In this document: positions 26,688-39,861 of the stretch, piece after piece
Layout: every line of letters begins with the position of its first letter
Numbering within the stretch: the first letter of the stretch is position 1
Origin: Octopus sinensis
Lineage: Eukaryota
Reading direction: 5' to 3'
Assembly: GCF_006345805.1 (NCBI RefSeq)
Contig: NC_042997.1
Location: 88,784,001-88,848,000, forward strand
DNA: 64,000 bases
Translations under genes and position numbers: made by a program
Notes under the pieces: model-generated
The model's database searches: none
Told to the model about the DNA's origin: nothing
Seen by the model: only the letters and a program-made list of their open reading frames with translations

Positions 26688-28554
26688 CATACATATGTAT
26701 TTATGTATGTATGTATGTATATACACTCACAAAATGCTACTTAAAACATAAAATAAACAATGAAAAGTGTTCTTTTTTGTGTGTGCGGAGATTTACAATC
26801 CAACCCATACAATACATCCCTACCTTAACACCAGCGTCAACAACAACAACACCAACACACCACCACCACTACTACCACCATCACCACCACCACCACCACC
26901 AACAACAACGGTAATAACAAGCCTTTATTTAAGAAAAATAAGAGAAAAAATATCGAAAGAAACTTTGTTTTATATGAATAAAGTTTTTGTGAAAATTCCA
27001 TACAAGGTAAACAATGTGAAAACATTTGAGAGACCGGACTGTTATAGAGGATAGCTGAGAGGGTAGGTGGGAAAAATGTTGAATTTAATTATACTGCTGA
27101 GTCGAAATAATAAAAAAGCTGGGACCGACAGAAAGTTAAGCTTGTTGGTGTTGTTTATGTTGTTTCATCTTTCTGTAGTTGAATAAACTTTAGCTAACGG
27201 GTGAAATATTTGGAAATGGGAGAGCGGTATAAGTAATAATTACCGTTGAGTATATTAATAGTAACTAGCTAGATGAAGAAAATGGTGTTGTAGGTGGCTG
27301 AGAGAGTAGGGTTTTCGCCCTTCTCCCCCTACCATTTTCCCGGGAAACTAAATGCTTATAAATGCATTATAAGTACTTGCATTATTTTCTTTACACTACG
27401 AGTTCAAGTTCTTTCATTTCTCCAGTTATACTGATCTACCACCCAGGTTTTGATGTGAGAGAAGGCTGGCGACGTGGGTAGAAGCATAGCACGTCGGACC
27501 AAATACGAATACGGTCGAGTTTCACATCTGTATCATAGAGAGTTGATTAACTGAGATTATTCAGGCAAATGGTCAGCCGAAGCTCATCTATAAGTGTTTA
27601 AAATCTAAGAACAAGCAAGATAGAGAACTTCTATAAGATCAGTTGACTGAAAGTTTTGAACAATGTAACTCATGTAGATTGGAGTGGATATGGGCTCAAT
27701 AGCCAAATGATGAACGCCCCAGGTACTTTCAGTCTTATTAGACCATCCAGCTAGGCATATTCTGTTTTTCTTTTTCTTCTTGTTTTCAGATTCGTTCAAC
27801 TAAGTGCTTATAATATTTTGTTTACTTTCCATAGGTTTTGAGTTCAAATTCTGTCCAAGATCATCTGTAACCCTCTTTTACAAATTTCAGTTATTTTCGT
27901 TAATTTGAGTGAAGGGCGATGCAGCGGCAGAAACGCTAACGAGTCGGACTCCGATCACTAACTCGCGTTTGATATTTACAGATACACTTTATCTTTCATC
28001 CTTCTGGAAGTTGGTAAAATAAGTACCAAGCATCTCCTAATTTAGTTCAATCCACTATACTTCCCCCTCCTCAATATCTGGCTCTTGTACTGACGTAAGA
28101 AAAGTCTTACCAAGGTTATTTTTACCTGTGTTATTTCAGGGATGAAATAAAGCAAGTACTACTCAAGTACTCAGTATATATGATCTGTTCCTTCACTTAA
28201 ATCTGTAAACGTGTGACTATGTTAGAAATGAATATTATAATGGTAATATTTGCCATTACTTTTCTAATTACACGAACGTTTAAAAGGCAGAATTTAAACG
28301 GACTGGATTAATTAACCAAACTATACTTAATCATTTTTATTGCTCTCTCAAAAGACACCAGCTTTATTCCCAATTTAAAAGGATTCCTAATGCCATCCAC
28401 CCCCAACCTATCTTGAGGTTTAGTTTAAATAGAATTAGTAATATACATTACAACTGAGGAAAGAAAAATCACCTTAAGATGTTGGAGAAATATCTTAGAC
28501 AGTGGCTTTCTGAACAGTTAAGGTGCAGTCTTTTGAAATCATTATACTGGAATA

Positions 28555-28945
28555 TACTTTCGTTTTCTTTTACTTGTTTCAGTCATAGGACTGCAGCCAT
28601 GCTGGGGCACCACCTGAAAAGTTTTAGTCGAAGAAATCGATTCCTGTACTTACGTTTTTAAGCCTGGAACTTATTCTACCAGTTCTTTGACGAACAACTC
28701 AGTTACGGAGACGTAACCAAACCAACACTGGTTTGTAGGCGGTGGTGGAGAACAAACACAAACGGAAGCACGCGCGCGCGACGAGCTTCTTTTGTCTAGC
28801 AAATTTACTCACAATTCTTAGTTCAGTCTAGGGCCATAGAAGAAGACACTTGCTCAAGGTGCCACGCTGTGGGACTGAACCCAGAACCATGTGTTTTTGG
28901 AAGCAAACTTCTTACTACACAGCCACACCTGCGCCTAATGACCAT
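28555..28945 (-). mobile_element. SINE family B, full length
   Basis: Reverse complement of head (ttactacacagccacacctgcgcct) through tail (ttttacttgtttcagtcat). Confidence 0.85.
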
Positions 28946-29575
28946 GCCTGCGTCAATTCTTGATTTAATTTTATTAAAGACCCACCTTTTCAACAACGTA
29001 GGAATTTTAGAAACACCTAATTATATTTTTATTTATACCTGCCAAAAGTTGTCATAGTTGTGTCTAAATCATAGAAATTGGAAGAAATTTTTGAAAAAAA
29101 AAAAGAAAAAATTAAAATAAGTCACGATGGGTCTCCTTATTCCAAATCTCCGTTTTTTTAAAGTTTTTATCAAAAAATATTTTATAAAATAATAGGTTCA
29201 ACAGTATAAATTATTTTTCGAAATGTGGTCTTGTCAGATGGCAGTAAACTTCAATGCGGCCTTCCAACATAAAAATAGCTTGTCACCTTTGTGTTGGCTT
29301 TCAATTCCATGACATTAATTTGCTTCGTTCTTAGTATTATATGGTTGTGGTTACATATTTTGAAGCAAGTATCAGGCATCTACTCAAGTCGTTTCAATAG
29401 AATGACTATATCCACCTTTCCTAAACACGTGACCTTTGTGTTGCCGTGGGAAATATCACGCCGAGGTTAATTTTCCTTGTATTGCTTCTTGAGTAAATAA
29501 AATAAATACCATTCAAGTACACAGTCGATATAATTTATTGTTCCTTCATCAAAATTTAAATTAAATAATGGTTTC

Positions 29576-29785
29576 AAATTTTGGCACAAAGACAGCAATT
29601 TCGATGGAAGGGCGAAGTCGATTACATCGATCTCAGTGCTTAACTGGTACTTATTTTATCGATGTCGAAAGAATAAAAGGTAAAGTCGGCTTCGGTGGAA
29701 TTTGAACTCAGAACGTAAAGACGGACGAAATCTCACTAAGCATTTCGCTCGGCGTACTAACAATTCTGCCGCTTGCCACCTTAGA
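29576..29785 (-). mobile_element. SINE family A, short-tail variant
   Basis: ttcaaattttggcacaaa..aactggtacttattttatcga..gaatttgaactcagaacgtaaagacggacgaaa. Confidence 0.85.
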
Positions 29786-30494
29786 TTTTTTATTAAATAA
29801 TGATAATTTTCACACTAGTTTTCTAAATAAATAAATAGTTTTATGACTGGACGGCAGAATTTAAGATGATCTGGATTACTTTGTCAAAATTACTGTTAAT
29901 TGTATTTTCATATTGTTCCCTCATAAGATCCCACCTTTATTCATGATGATTATTTGTTAAACCATTTTTAGAAAGGATCTGCCAACAACACAACTAAACA
30001 GGAGGTTGACAGACTCTATTCTGTCACTAGCAAACTGACGAGGAAGCCTTCGTGAAGTTGATCAAAATAGTAAACAAATCTCTTTATCACATTCTAACCC
30101 CATCCACAACTCGTTTATTTCACGAGTATGAGAAATAAATAGCTGTGGATGGAGTGTCTTTGACCACAGGTCTGATTGAGCAAGACAGATCTCAGCTAAG
30201 CTACAAACAATAATCTACATGTAATTATCCCAACTTTTGAAAACGCATAAGAATGTACTCTTAGCTCTTAAGAAAGGAAATGGATTTAATACCTTCTTTT
30301 TTCCAACCTCATAAAGTTGGTGGAAATAATCATAAACTCCTCCGTGATTACCATTACAAGTTCCATACGATCACTCATAAGTCTATCGCATAAGTCTGTC
30401 ACATAAGTCACATAATAGTTGCCTGCTGTACACAAAAACCTCACCAAAAGCAATGTTGTTGCTCTAAACATCAGTATTACATTTGTGCATAGTA

Positions 30495-30682
30495 CGCAGG
30501 GGAAAATGTTCAGCGGCATTTCGTCCGTCTTTACGTTCTAAGTTCAAATTCCGCCGAGGTGGACGTTGCTTTTTATCCTTTCGGAGTCGATAAAATTAAT
30601 ACCAGTTGAGCACCAGGGTCGATGTAATCAATTTAATTCCCCACCCGAAATTGTGGCCTTGTGCCAAAATTTTAAACCAATA
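30495..30682 (+). mobile_element. SINE family A, 5'-truncated
   Basis: cagcggcatttcgtccgtctttacgttctaagttcaaattccgccgagg..ggccttgtgccaaaattttaaacc. Confidence 0.85.
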
Positions 30683-31197
30683 TTACATTTGTGCATGTCT
30701 AGCAGGAGAAGCTCCCAGCAAAATAACGCTCCACCCGTCGCTTATCTCCAGAATTGCAAGTTACCTATTTGACTACACAATTACAATTTGTCGCTATATC
30801 CGATCCATATTATATTACTCCCTGCTGTTATTCTTCATATTCAGTTATATCTCTGAAAGTCTTTCCTCTTTACATTAACAGCTTGTTCACCATTACTTCT
30901 AAGCATACAGTCTCCTGTATATAATACCCTTCAATTCTTAGCGGTACGCCGATTCGTAAAGAAACGTCAGTCTCGTGCAATCTAGATACCCCAAGTCAAG
31001 CGTGCAATATTTCTAAGAACAGAAATACTAAAAATCTCCTCCTATGGGAAACGGGCAACTTAATCTCCTAAAAAAAAAAAAATCAAAGCACAGTTCCTCA
31101 TATCAAGAAGACACCATCTTTAATTATCAATGACACAAAAACACTTCAAATTCTATAAAATTGCTATACTTTACAGTCCGAGATGAGATCTCATGCT

Positions 31198-31234
<37 letters not shown>

Positions 31235-31317
31235 GTGTGTGTGTGTGTGTGTGTGTGTGTTTGTGTATGTGTTTGTGTGTGTGTATGCGCGCGCGTCTGT
31301 GTATGTATGTATGTATG

Positions 31318-31390
31318 ACTATGGCTGTGTGATAAGTAGCTTGCTTACCAGCCACATGGTTCCGGGTTCAGTCCCACTGCGTGGCACCTC
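31318..31390 (+). mobile_element. SINE family B head, truncated at the PLE remnant
   Basis: ggctgtgtgataagtagcttgcttaccagccacatggttccgggttcagtcccactgcgtggcacc. Confidence 0.8.
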
Positions 31391-31391
31391 T

Positions 31392-32695
31392 TCTTATGTC
31401 TTAGGGGTGCTAACTGGGATGCTCTTAATGTTGGGGGCGCAGCGAAACGAGACCCTAACGTTGTGTCTGTTGAAGATGGGCCCGTACCTATGGGAGATAG
31501 TGAAATGCTTATCTATTAATTGAAGGAATAGTCTACCTACGGGTGTTATTGTGTTAAGAGAGTAGGGGAAGCCAACCAAATTGTATTTCTGCGGCGCTTC
31601 CTTCTGCGGCTGTTGAGTTCCGGTATGTGGAAATGCGGTTCTTAAACTCGCTGGCAGCTAGGGCCTCATTATAGTACGGGACGGCTGCATCGAAGGCTCC
31701 TTGGCTAGAGGAAAGGCTCGAAATCATCTACTAGGTTCTTGAATACTATGGGTGGGTGACAGGAGGCTGTGTTTATGTACGACTGCCTCTCCTTAGGTTG
31801 GCGGTAGGGCCTGTAAGTACCGGAGCCCAGATCGAGCGTGACATCTAAGAAGTCCGCTGATGTGAGGTTGGTTTATAAGGAGATCTTCAATCCCATGGAG
31901 GCAAGCGTGCTTATTAAATCTTTCCTGGCTTTCGTAGAGATGGTCAGGGTGTCATCTCTGTAGAGGTCAAAGATGGTAGAGGGGAACTTTTTCTAAGGGT
32001 ATCTAAGATATATAACCCGATGCGGTCGCATATGCCAGAGCTGTCGTAGGCGCCCATCGCTACGTCAAAGGAACCCGTGGGGTCGGTTTGCTTGACTCAT
32101 GCCGAGCCTTTGTTGAACAGCACTGTCTTCCTGGCGTGCATGATAATCTTTACATCTCTGTCGCAAATGCTAGTGAAACCCCTGGAGAAAGAAAGCGCCT
32201 TGATCAGTAGCCCTTTTGATATAGACAAGTAAGAATCGACTATATCAAGTTGGGAGAATCTTACCCTGCCTCTACCTTTGTTGGCGTCGAAGCATGCGGT
32301 CACCTCGTTGGTGCTGAGCCACAAGTAAAGGTTGGTGGCCCTCCGTATGCTGCTATTGATTTCACTCAAAATGTCTTTGCTCGCCAGACCGATCTCTGAT
32401 TTGGCCGGATTGATCAGGCAGCATTTAGGGTTAGAAGCAAAGTTCGGTTTATGATCTTTTATTGTAATGAATGCGTATCTTTTAGATAGGATCTCTATCC
32501 TATCTGCTATCTCTAGTTCGTTAGCTAATTTTTTGTCTTCACAGTTGATGTCGTTATATGTGTACGGGGGAGCGCACCTATATTTTTGTGTGATGTTATT
32601 ATCTAGCAGTCTATCATACTCTGGGGCTTCTAACCGGTATCAATTTTTTGTTGTATCGGAGAAGATTAGGGACCTATCTGAGTTTTTTTTAACAA
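31392..32695 (-). mobile_element. Penelope-like retroelement RT pseudogene (Naiad-type motifs, tentative)
   Basis: AFITIKDHKPNF..PKCCLINPAKSEIG, DIVDSYLSI, IIMHARKTVLFN, FDVAMGAYDS..GLYIL, LYRDD (31951-31962), DFLDVTLDL..YRPY..HPP, PYS..GRLFLQLIDKHF..FNRHNVRVSF; stops and frameshifts; no GIY-YIG domain seen. Confidence 0.9.
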
Positions 32696-32753
32696 TCTAA
32701 TAATGAAAAAGATCGTTTGTGAAAATACATAAATCCAGAAGTAGAGCAGTCGA

Positions 32754-33002
32754 TATTATAATGGGGGCCGGTTTATGGGGTTACCCTGGGTTTCGCAAGG
32801 TGGCGGCGCGGCAGAAGCTCGATGACTAATGGCAAAGAGAGATAATCACCTAGTGTTTACTTTTGTAGAGACACATTTCCCCCTTACATATTTTTTTGAG
32901 GTCTTAGGCCAGCAGTGTTTGGGGGCTGAAAATACGCTGTAAGACTAAACTCCTTATGAGCGAGAAACCCAAGGTAACCCCACAAACTGGGTCCCCATTA
33001 TA

Positions 33003-33005
<3 letters not shown>
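32754..33005. mobile_element. MITE with ~45-bp terminal inverted repeats
   Basis: tattataatgggggccggtttatggggttaccctgggtttcgc vs gcgagaaacccaaggtaaccccacaaactgggtccccattataata. Confidence 0.85.
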
Positions 33006-33038
<33 letters not shown>

Positions 33039-33350
33039 GTATTTGTGTTGCAAGAAGAAGGTTATATCGGATTCTCATCTGTAGTCTTTTAGCTGAATAA
33101 TTATGAGAGGCATCAGTGTTAGTTCGTTAAATCGATGAGAGGTATTCCAGCTGTGGTCTCCTCGTCTCCTTTTTTCTCCAGACATTGTTCCCAGGTAGAT
33201 CCAAATTTGCAGGAGATTTCTCTACAGCTATAGTAAATGAAACGACCACATAAAACCTGACTCGTTCACCCCATGATAATAACAATGATTAATAATTAAC
33301 GATTCTGCTAGGAACCGATTTCACTAATTATTATTACTATTACAATTGGA

Positions 33351-33760
33351 AAGGCGGCGAGTGGGCAGAATCGTTAGCACGCCGGGCGAAATGCTTAGCG
33401 GTATTTCGTCTGCCGCTACGTTCTGAGTTCAAATTACGCCGAGGTCGACTTTGCCTTTCATCCTTTCGGGGTCGATTAAATAAGTACCAATTACGCACTG
33501 GGGTCGATATAATCGACTTAATCCGTTTGTCTGTCCTTGTTTGTCCCCTCTGTGTTTAGCCCCTTGTGGGAATTAAAGAAATAGAAATAGGTATCTCGCC
33601 CGTCGCTACCTTCTGAGTTCAAATTCCGCCGAGGTTGACTTTGCTTTTCATCCTTTCAGCGTCGACAAATTAAGTATCAGTGAAACACTGAAGTCGATGC
33701 AATCGACTAGTCCCCTCCCCTAAAATTTCATGCCTTGTGCCTTTATTAGAAAGGATTATT
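33351..33760 (+). mobile_element. SINE family A long-tail copy followed by an internally restarting partial copy
   Basis: Full head to ..ccccttgtgggaattaaagaaatag, then restart at ggtatctcgcccgtcgctaccttctgagttc. Confidence 0.9.
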
Positions 33761-34119
33761 ATTACAATTGAGGTCGGTGGATAGCAGAATCGGTAGAGCA
33801 CCAGAGAAATTTTCTTGTGGTATTTAGTCATGTTTCTTTACATTTTAGCTTCAAATCCCATCAGGTTTGACAATGCTTAGTGTTTTCCGTAGTCAGTAAA
33901 ATAAGCATTAGCCAAGTACTGGAATAATTCAATTGACTGTGTTTTCCTACAAATCTATTCCTATGTGCCGGAAAAATCCGTAAAGCAACGGACAAAATAA
34001 TTTGCAGTATTTAGTATTTAGTTATATTCCTTTACATTCTGAGTTGAAATGTCACCGCCGAGCTAAATTTTGCCTTTCATCCATCCAGGATCGAACAATA
34101 AATAAATGAATAAATAAAT

Positions 34120-34285
34120 AAATAAAGAAAGAAAGAAAGAAAGGTAGAAAGAGAGCAAGAAAGGAAGAAAGAGAGCAAGAAAGGAAGAAAGAGAGCAAGA
34201 AAGGAAGAAAGAGAGCAAGTCAGGAAGAAAGAGAGCAAGTCAAGAAGAAAGAAAGAAAGAGAGCAAGTCAGGAAGAAAGAACGGA
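34120..34285. repeat. 20-bp purine-rich minisatellite
   Basis: aagaaagagagcaag(aaagg/tcagg) repeated about 6 times. Confidence 0.85.
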
Positions 34286-36044
34286 TTCTAGCAGTAAATA
34301 AAGAATAAATTTCAATCAACTATTCTCCTTCCTCAAGAAATGTTAGTCTTTGCAAATGTTAAAAATCATTATTATGGTATGGTGCATTGCAGAAGCGGAA
34401 GAACGCTGGACAAAATGTTTTGCAATATTTATAGGGTTACTTAACGGTTTACCTTTTAATCTTGTCGTAGCTAACATTGCCTTTCAGTTTTCCAGCACCG
34501 AATAAGTAAATGTCTAGCAAGTCTTGAACAAATTTATACGACAGTACTCTTCTCACCAAATTTATGTTCCAATCCAAGTAGCTATGCCTGTGCTGCACCG
34601 ATGTCAAATGTCAGGCTCGACGATATAAAACGGAATGGAAAACACAGTTGTTATTGTTGTTGCAGTTGGTTTTGTTGTTGTTGTTTTGTTATTGTTGTTG
34701 CTGCTACTGTTGTTGCTGTTGTTAAGCAACAAGACGGGTAAGGGTGATGGTCTAGGGCTTAGGCGCGGGAGACCCCAGACCTTGGAAAAAAAACTTTGGT
34801 CGTCTTGTTGTAGTCGAGGGCTCTTCGTTGACGCTCGACACCCCTGGGAGGTGGCCCTCGAAGTCGCTGGAAATGGAGATTTCCAGGTCCAAATTCTTGA
34901 ACGGCTGTTGCTGCTGCTCTTGTTATATGTTGTTTAACTCAAATCAATTCTAATCGAGAAGACTAATTTACCAAAAGTGTTCAAGCCGTGACCGTCTTGT
35001 ATTTTTTACGAGTATCTAGGATTACGCAATTGATTTTTTTTTTCTTTTCATTAGTTAATACAGTAAGAGGACCATTATTACAGCATCGGATAAGATACTT
35101 TCTGATATTTGTTCTGGTTCTTTCCAAACTGAATTCAAATTCTTCAATTATTAGATACTTGGTGGAGGTGGGTGGGATAAGATTTAATATTAGTCAAGTA
35201 CCAGAGTCCATTTAATCAAATTATCCCTTTACTAAATTTCTAATCTTGTGTCTATAATAGAAACAATTATTTAGTATAGTAAGGAGTGATTTGTATGAGA
35301 TCTAGATGCTATTTCCAGTTCGTCGTTTGATCATTTAGAGCAGAGATCTTAAGTATCGAAAGTGCGGAAGAACCTACGGGATGAATGCATGATGGAAAAT
35401 TTAGGGAGCCTTTAATTTTACAGAATCATTGGTATGCACACAATTACAGCAAACAGTATTAAAATGCTATCATGCATTAACTAGATATTTATTATGCTTC
35501 TGATACCGATTCACCAAGACACTAGTGAGTATAATGTTTCAAATTTAATTAAACTTCTTACACTGCATCTTAATGCATTGGAAAGCATGTTACATGGGGC
35601 TGGTAATATAGCACTTCTTAGTTTGCAAGATTATTTTCCGTAATACAAGTCGTCCTTGGATAAATTTAAAGTTAAGAAAGTCTATTTATATATGTAGTAG
35701 CAAACGTCTTGCTATTTTCAATACGTGATTCTTCAAAGGTGTATATTTTTCACTAATTGCATAGGATTGATCTTTCAAGTTCCAACATAAATGGCATTAC
35801 ATTTTGTTATCGAAATATCTGACTGCAAGTGAATTAACTCAAATTACAATGGGTCACGATCTTACGTACGACAACATTATACATAAAAACATTTGAAGTG
35901 AAATACATTAGGGAACAATAAGATTCGTAATACTGTACTACACTATGTAGGTACAACAAAAGATGTTGATCACTGCCTGAGTCGTGGCAATGACATGAGG
36001 AACACTTTCTTATATTGTATTGTTCATTATCAACATTGACTTGG

Positions 36045-37380
36045 GAGGTAAAAAACTTATCCAAAATTGTTTGATATTAAAGCACACCATCTCTTTGTAC
36101 AACTCTGAGCAGGAGCTGAGCTCAGTGTAAATTTCTCCTGTAATTTTTTAAGTTACGTTCACGATAAGAGTTATTAGCAAAAGAAACTTACAGATCTTTC
36201 TCTATAAGTACCAATTCTTTATCAATATTCTTTGCAGTCAGTTTAAGTGGGGCTGGTGGAATTTCCGCATTCTCATCTGTATTCTCGGCTTGCTTTTGTT
36301 TTAGCTCTTCGTTAGATAAACCTTCTCTATGAGACACAAGCTACTTAAACGCACCACCCTCTATTATTTCTCCAAACTCTGCATCATTTGCAAGTGTTAC
36401 AGAATCTTTTTGAATTTGTTGTAAATTTTCAGTTTGTGGAAGACTTGTAAAGCTACTAGTACAGTCTGACCCCTATATATTTTCTAAGCATCATTCAAAG
36501 TTGAGGATTTCACTTTGTTCTATGACGCAGCTACGTTATCCACAGCATGCATTATGTTGAATTTCTTCAAGTGTCTAACTGTAGGTTTATCCTCCATATC
36601 AATAGCTTTTATAAGACGATGTCTCCTGGGGCTAAATTACAGTACCATTCGATCTAAACCAAGACTGCCATGTTATGTTGGCAAATAATCTTTACTCCAA
36701 AATACTGTTTCTGAATATCTCTCGTTGTGAGATTAACAAATAGTAATTTTCTAGCTTTTATAAGTTGTTTGAAAGTTCTCAGATAAACTACCTTAAAGTT
36801 AGCTAACATCCCTTGATCCGTTGACTTGAGCAAAGAAGTTGTATCCTTGGAGAGATATTCCACTCCCACACTATCAAAAAGTTTATTTAAGTTCATTGAG
36901 TGGCTTGGGGCATTGTCTAAAATGAGTAATGTTTTTCGGAAATATTACGTCTGGCATTGAACCTTTCTATAATAGGACAAAAAATGCTTGTAAACCACTC
37001 TTCAAAAAGGATCTTAGTCGTCCATACCTTCTTATTGAAACACCAAATCAGAAACAAATTAAACTTTGCGTAACCTTGTATCATTTGGATTTTCGGAGTG
37101 ATAAACGAGTAGCAGCTTCAATTTCATATCACCAGAAGCATTTCGTCCCAGGAGAAGCGTCAGATTTTCTGAAACTCTAAAATCCTTGTGTTGATTTTTC
37201 TTCTCTAGAAATAAACAATTCTAGGAAGCATGAGCTTCCGAAAAGTGCAGTTTCATCAACATTGTATAATTGCTCTGGTGTGTAACGCCCTCCAGCAATA
37301 CTTTTCCCCCCAGCTGCCCGGGATAATCAGTAGTAGCTTTGTATCAGCACTGACAGCTTCACCTGTCAGAATAATCGAGT
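36045..37380 (-). mobile_element. Decayed Tigger/pogo transposase
   Basis: TGEAVSAD, YTPEQLYNVDETALF, LTLLLGRNASGDMKLKLLLVYHSENP, KTLLILDNAPSH, TTSLLKSTDQGMLANFK, FNIMHAVDNVAAS*, DKFF. Confidence 0.9.
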
Positions 37381-37454
37381 AAAGCCACCCGTCCCCACAA
37401 AAAAACCCAAAAAATACGCTGGTCTTGTGCCAAAATTTGAAAGTATTAAACTTA

Positions 37455-37570
37455 ATTTGTGTAGTGAAAAGAAATCAGCAGATATCGAGGCTGCTCAAAA
37501 TACAATTATAAATTTGATGACATTTTACGTATACATCGTCGTAGCATTGCAGCAAATGTTTTTTACACTA
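37455..37570 (+). mobile_element. Second small pogo-like fragment, opposite strand
   Basis: SEKKSADIEAA..QQMF resembles the GE..SAD.EAA..QQ.FN motif. Confidence 0.35.
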
Positions 37571-37917
37571 TTTGTATATAGCCATAGACTGGCGATTCAG
37601 CTCACCTCCGATTCGGTTCAGGTACATGATGTTGATAAGTCACAAAACTGGCAAAACAGCGATGTCCGTCGTTCCTGGACGGTATCTGAGGTGAGTTGCC
37701 TTGCCTCTCTATGACTTTCAGGTGTTTTAACACTCGGCGCTTTGAGAGAGTTATCCTCACCGCGCTAAACCGCAACCTACCGTATGTATGTAAGTATGAA
37801 CAAGCAAAGCACATTCATTGAGTATGTGTGTTCGATAACGTTTGCAATACTAGCGCTGCTTTTAATACATACATACATACATACATACATACATACATAC
37901 ATACCTACATTCATACA

Positions 37918-37951
<34 letters not shown>

Positions 37952-38439
37952 CATACATACACACATACATACATCAGTGTGGAACATTACGCCCTGCTTG
38001 TCGATTTTGATTTTGATTTTGATTATATATTCCTTCTCATTTGTCGTGTTTGACTAAGTTGTACGAAAACCGATGCTTGCCAGACAACCATTCCGACATT
38101 CTACTAGCTAATACCATCTTTGCTCTACCTTCGCCGCTACATCCACCTTACTAGCTATTTATATGAAATATCTGATGTATCATGTGAAGCATGTAAATCA
38201 GCAATTATTTTCAGCGTTATTCTTTCACCTTTAACACTGTTTTCCTAGAAATCCAATATTAGCAGCAACAGTTAATGGTGGGGGAATTTTATCGGAACAT
38301 TTATCACTGTCTACGATTAATTAAGTTAAATACGTATATACAGATTACATAGTTATCACTCAACCTCAGGACCGTAGTCGTATCACTTTTGAACAAATAT
38401 GGAGCATTCGTACATGCGCGTGCACATGAGTCTTCTATA

Positions 38440-38950
38440 TATGGATGCAGGCATGGTCGAGTAGTTAACAAATTTGCTTCCCAGCCATAAAGTCCCGAGT
38501 TGGTTCCCACTGTGTGACATCTTAGGTGAGTTTCTTGAGTTTTTTTTTTTTTTTACCATAGTTTCTGATCAATCCAAGCTTTGCGAAGAAAATTTGGTTG
38601 ATGAAAACTGTTAAGAATCCCATCGGATGAATTGTAGTTGTATGTTAAAGGACCGACCTTGTCACACAATATCTCATGCTGACTGCGCTCAATGATTGAC
38701 TTAAAGGTGCAAACATCTTTTATCTTTTACTTGTTTCAGTCATTAGACTGCGGCTATACTGGGGGCATCACTTAGAAGGGTTTATGGTCGAATTAATCGA
38801 CCCCAGTACTTTCTTTTCAAGCCTGGTACATAGCCTATCGGTTCTCTTTTGCCGAACCTCTAAGTTACGGGGACGTAAACACAATACCGGTTAAAAAGCA
38901 GTGTTGATGGGGACAAATATAGAAATAAAGACACACACATACACCCCCCA
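38440..38950 (-). mobile_element. SINE family B pieces (head 38440-38620; separate 3' part 38720-38950)
   Basis: Reverse complements of head and tail motifs. Confidence 0.7.
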
Positions 38951-38984
38951 CCCCCACCCCCACACACATGTATATATATGAATA

Positions 38985-39537
38985 TACTAGCTGAATAGCC
39001 CGTTGTTGCTGGGCAATTTTTACAATAGAATGTCATCTAAATTTTTGTTTATTCCATGTCAGACCATACCTTCCCCAACAGATAAGCCTCTTAACCAGGA
39101 CAGATTTGTGCAATTTTCCGCAAAAAAGCTTCGCTGAGGATTTTTTTCCGTCTTAAATTATTACATGTCTGTTCGACTATTTCACAAGACTTTATTCATT
39201 AAAACATATTAAAACTTCAGAAGTTCTTACAACTTTGGTCGTCGTAATTCTTTGCTTTGGATTGTTTAATAAAAATTCATCCTCGTAAAACTTTTGCTTT
39301 CATTTTATGATAGCTATCATGCAGAAAATGCCAGCTTCCAAATCCTGTTCTCTGATTAGGTAAAATTGATTAATCTCAGTAATATTTTTCTGCAATTTTT
39401 CTGGAACAAATATATAACAAAATTGGATTTAACGCGGAAAATTATTTTGACGTAATTTTAAAAATGACGTCACACACACACACATATTTACAAACGTACA
39501 CACAGGTAATCAGGAGTTTCAAATTATGTATAGTAGA
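38985..39537 (+). mobile_element. Possible non-autonomous Helitron-like element
   Basis: Start tactagctgaatagcccgttgttgctggg and end (CA)n..ttcaaattatgtatagtaga resemble invertebrate DINE/Lep1-type termini (recalled similarity only). Confidence 0.4.
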
Positions 39538-39632
39538 CATATGTAGCCAAATTAATGATAGCTGAATGGACTGAGAAGAACTTAGCCCGATTCATACTTT
39601 CCTATTAGCGACATAAGAATTAACTCCCAGAA

Positions 39633-39861
39633 GGCGGCGAGCTGGCAGAAACGTTAGCACGCCGGGCGAAATGCTTAGCAGTATTTCGTCTGCCGTTACG
39701 TTCCGAGTTCAAATTCCGCCGAGGTCGACTTTGCCTTTTATCCTTTCGGGGTCGATAAATTAAGTATCAGTTACGTACTGGGATCGATGTAATGGACTTA
39801 ATCCCTTTGTCTGTCCTTATTTGTCCCCTCTATGTTTAGTCCCTTGTGGGTAATAAAAAAA
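39633..39861 (+). mobile_element. SINE family A long-tail copy with ~20-bp TSD
   Basis: Flanks ataagaattaactcccagaa (39613-39632) and ataagaattaactctcagaa (39862-39881). Confidence 0.92.

Noticed and set aside
32097-32099. In-frame TGA in the PLE RT as selenocysteine
   Set aside because: It sits at the conserved Trp of the PWVK motif, and the copy has other stops and frameshifts; ordinary decay
33183-33195. Possible microexon after ccttttttctccAG
   Set aside because: Donor GTAGAT is weak and there is no supporting frame evidence
34120-34285. Tandem arrays (also 44274-44645) as CRISPR-like repeats
   Set aside because: No unique spacers and eukaryotic context; ordinary minisatellites
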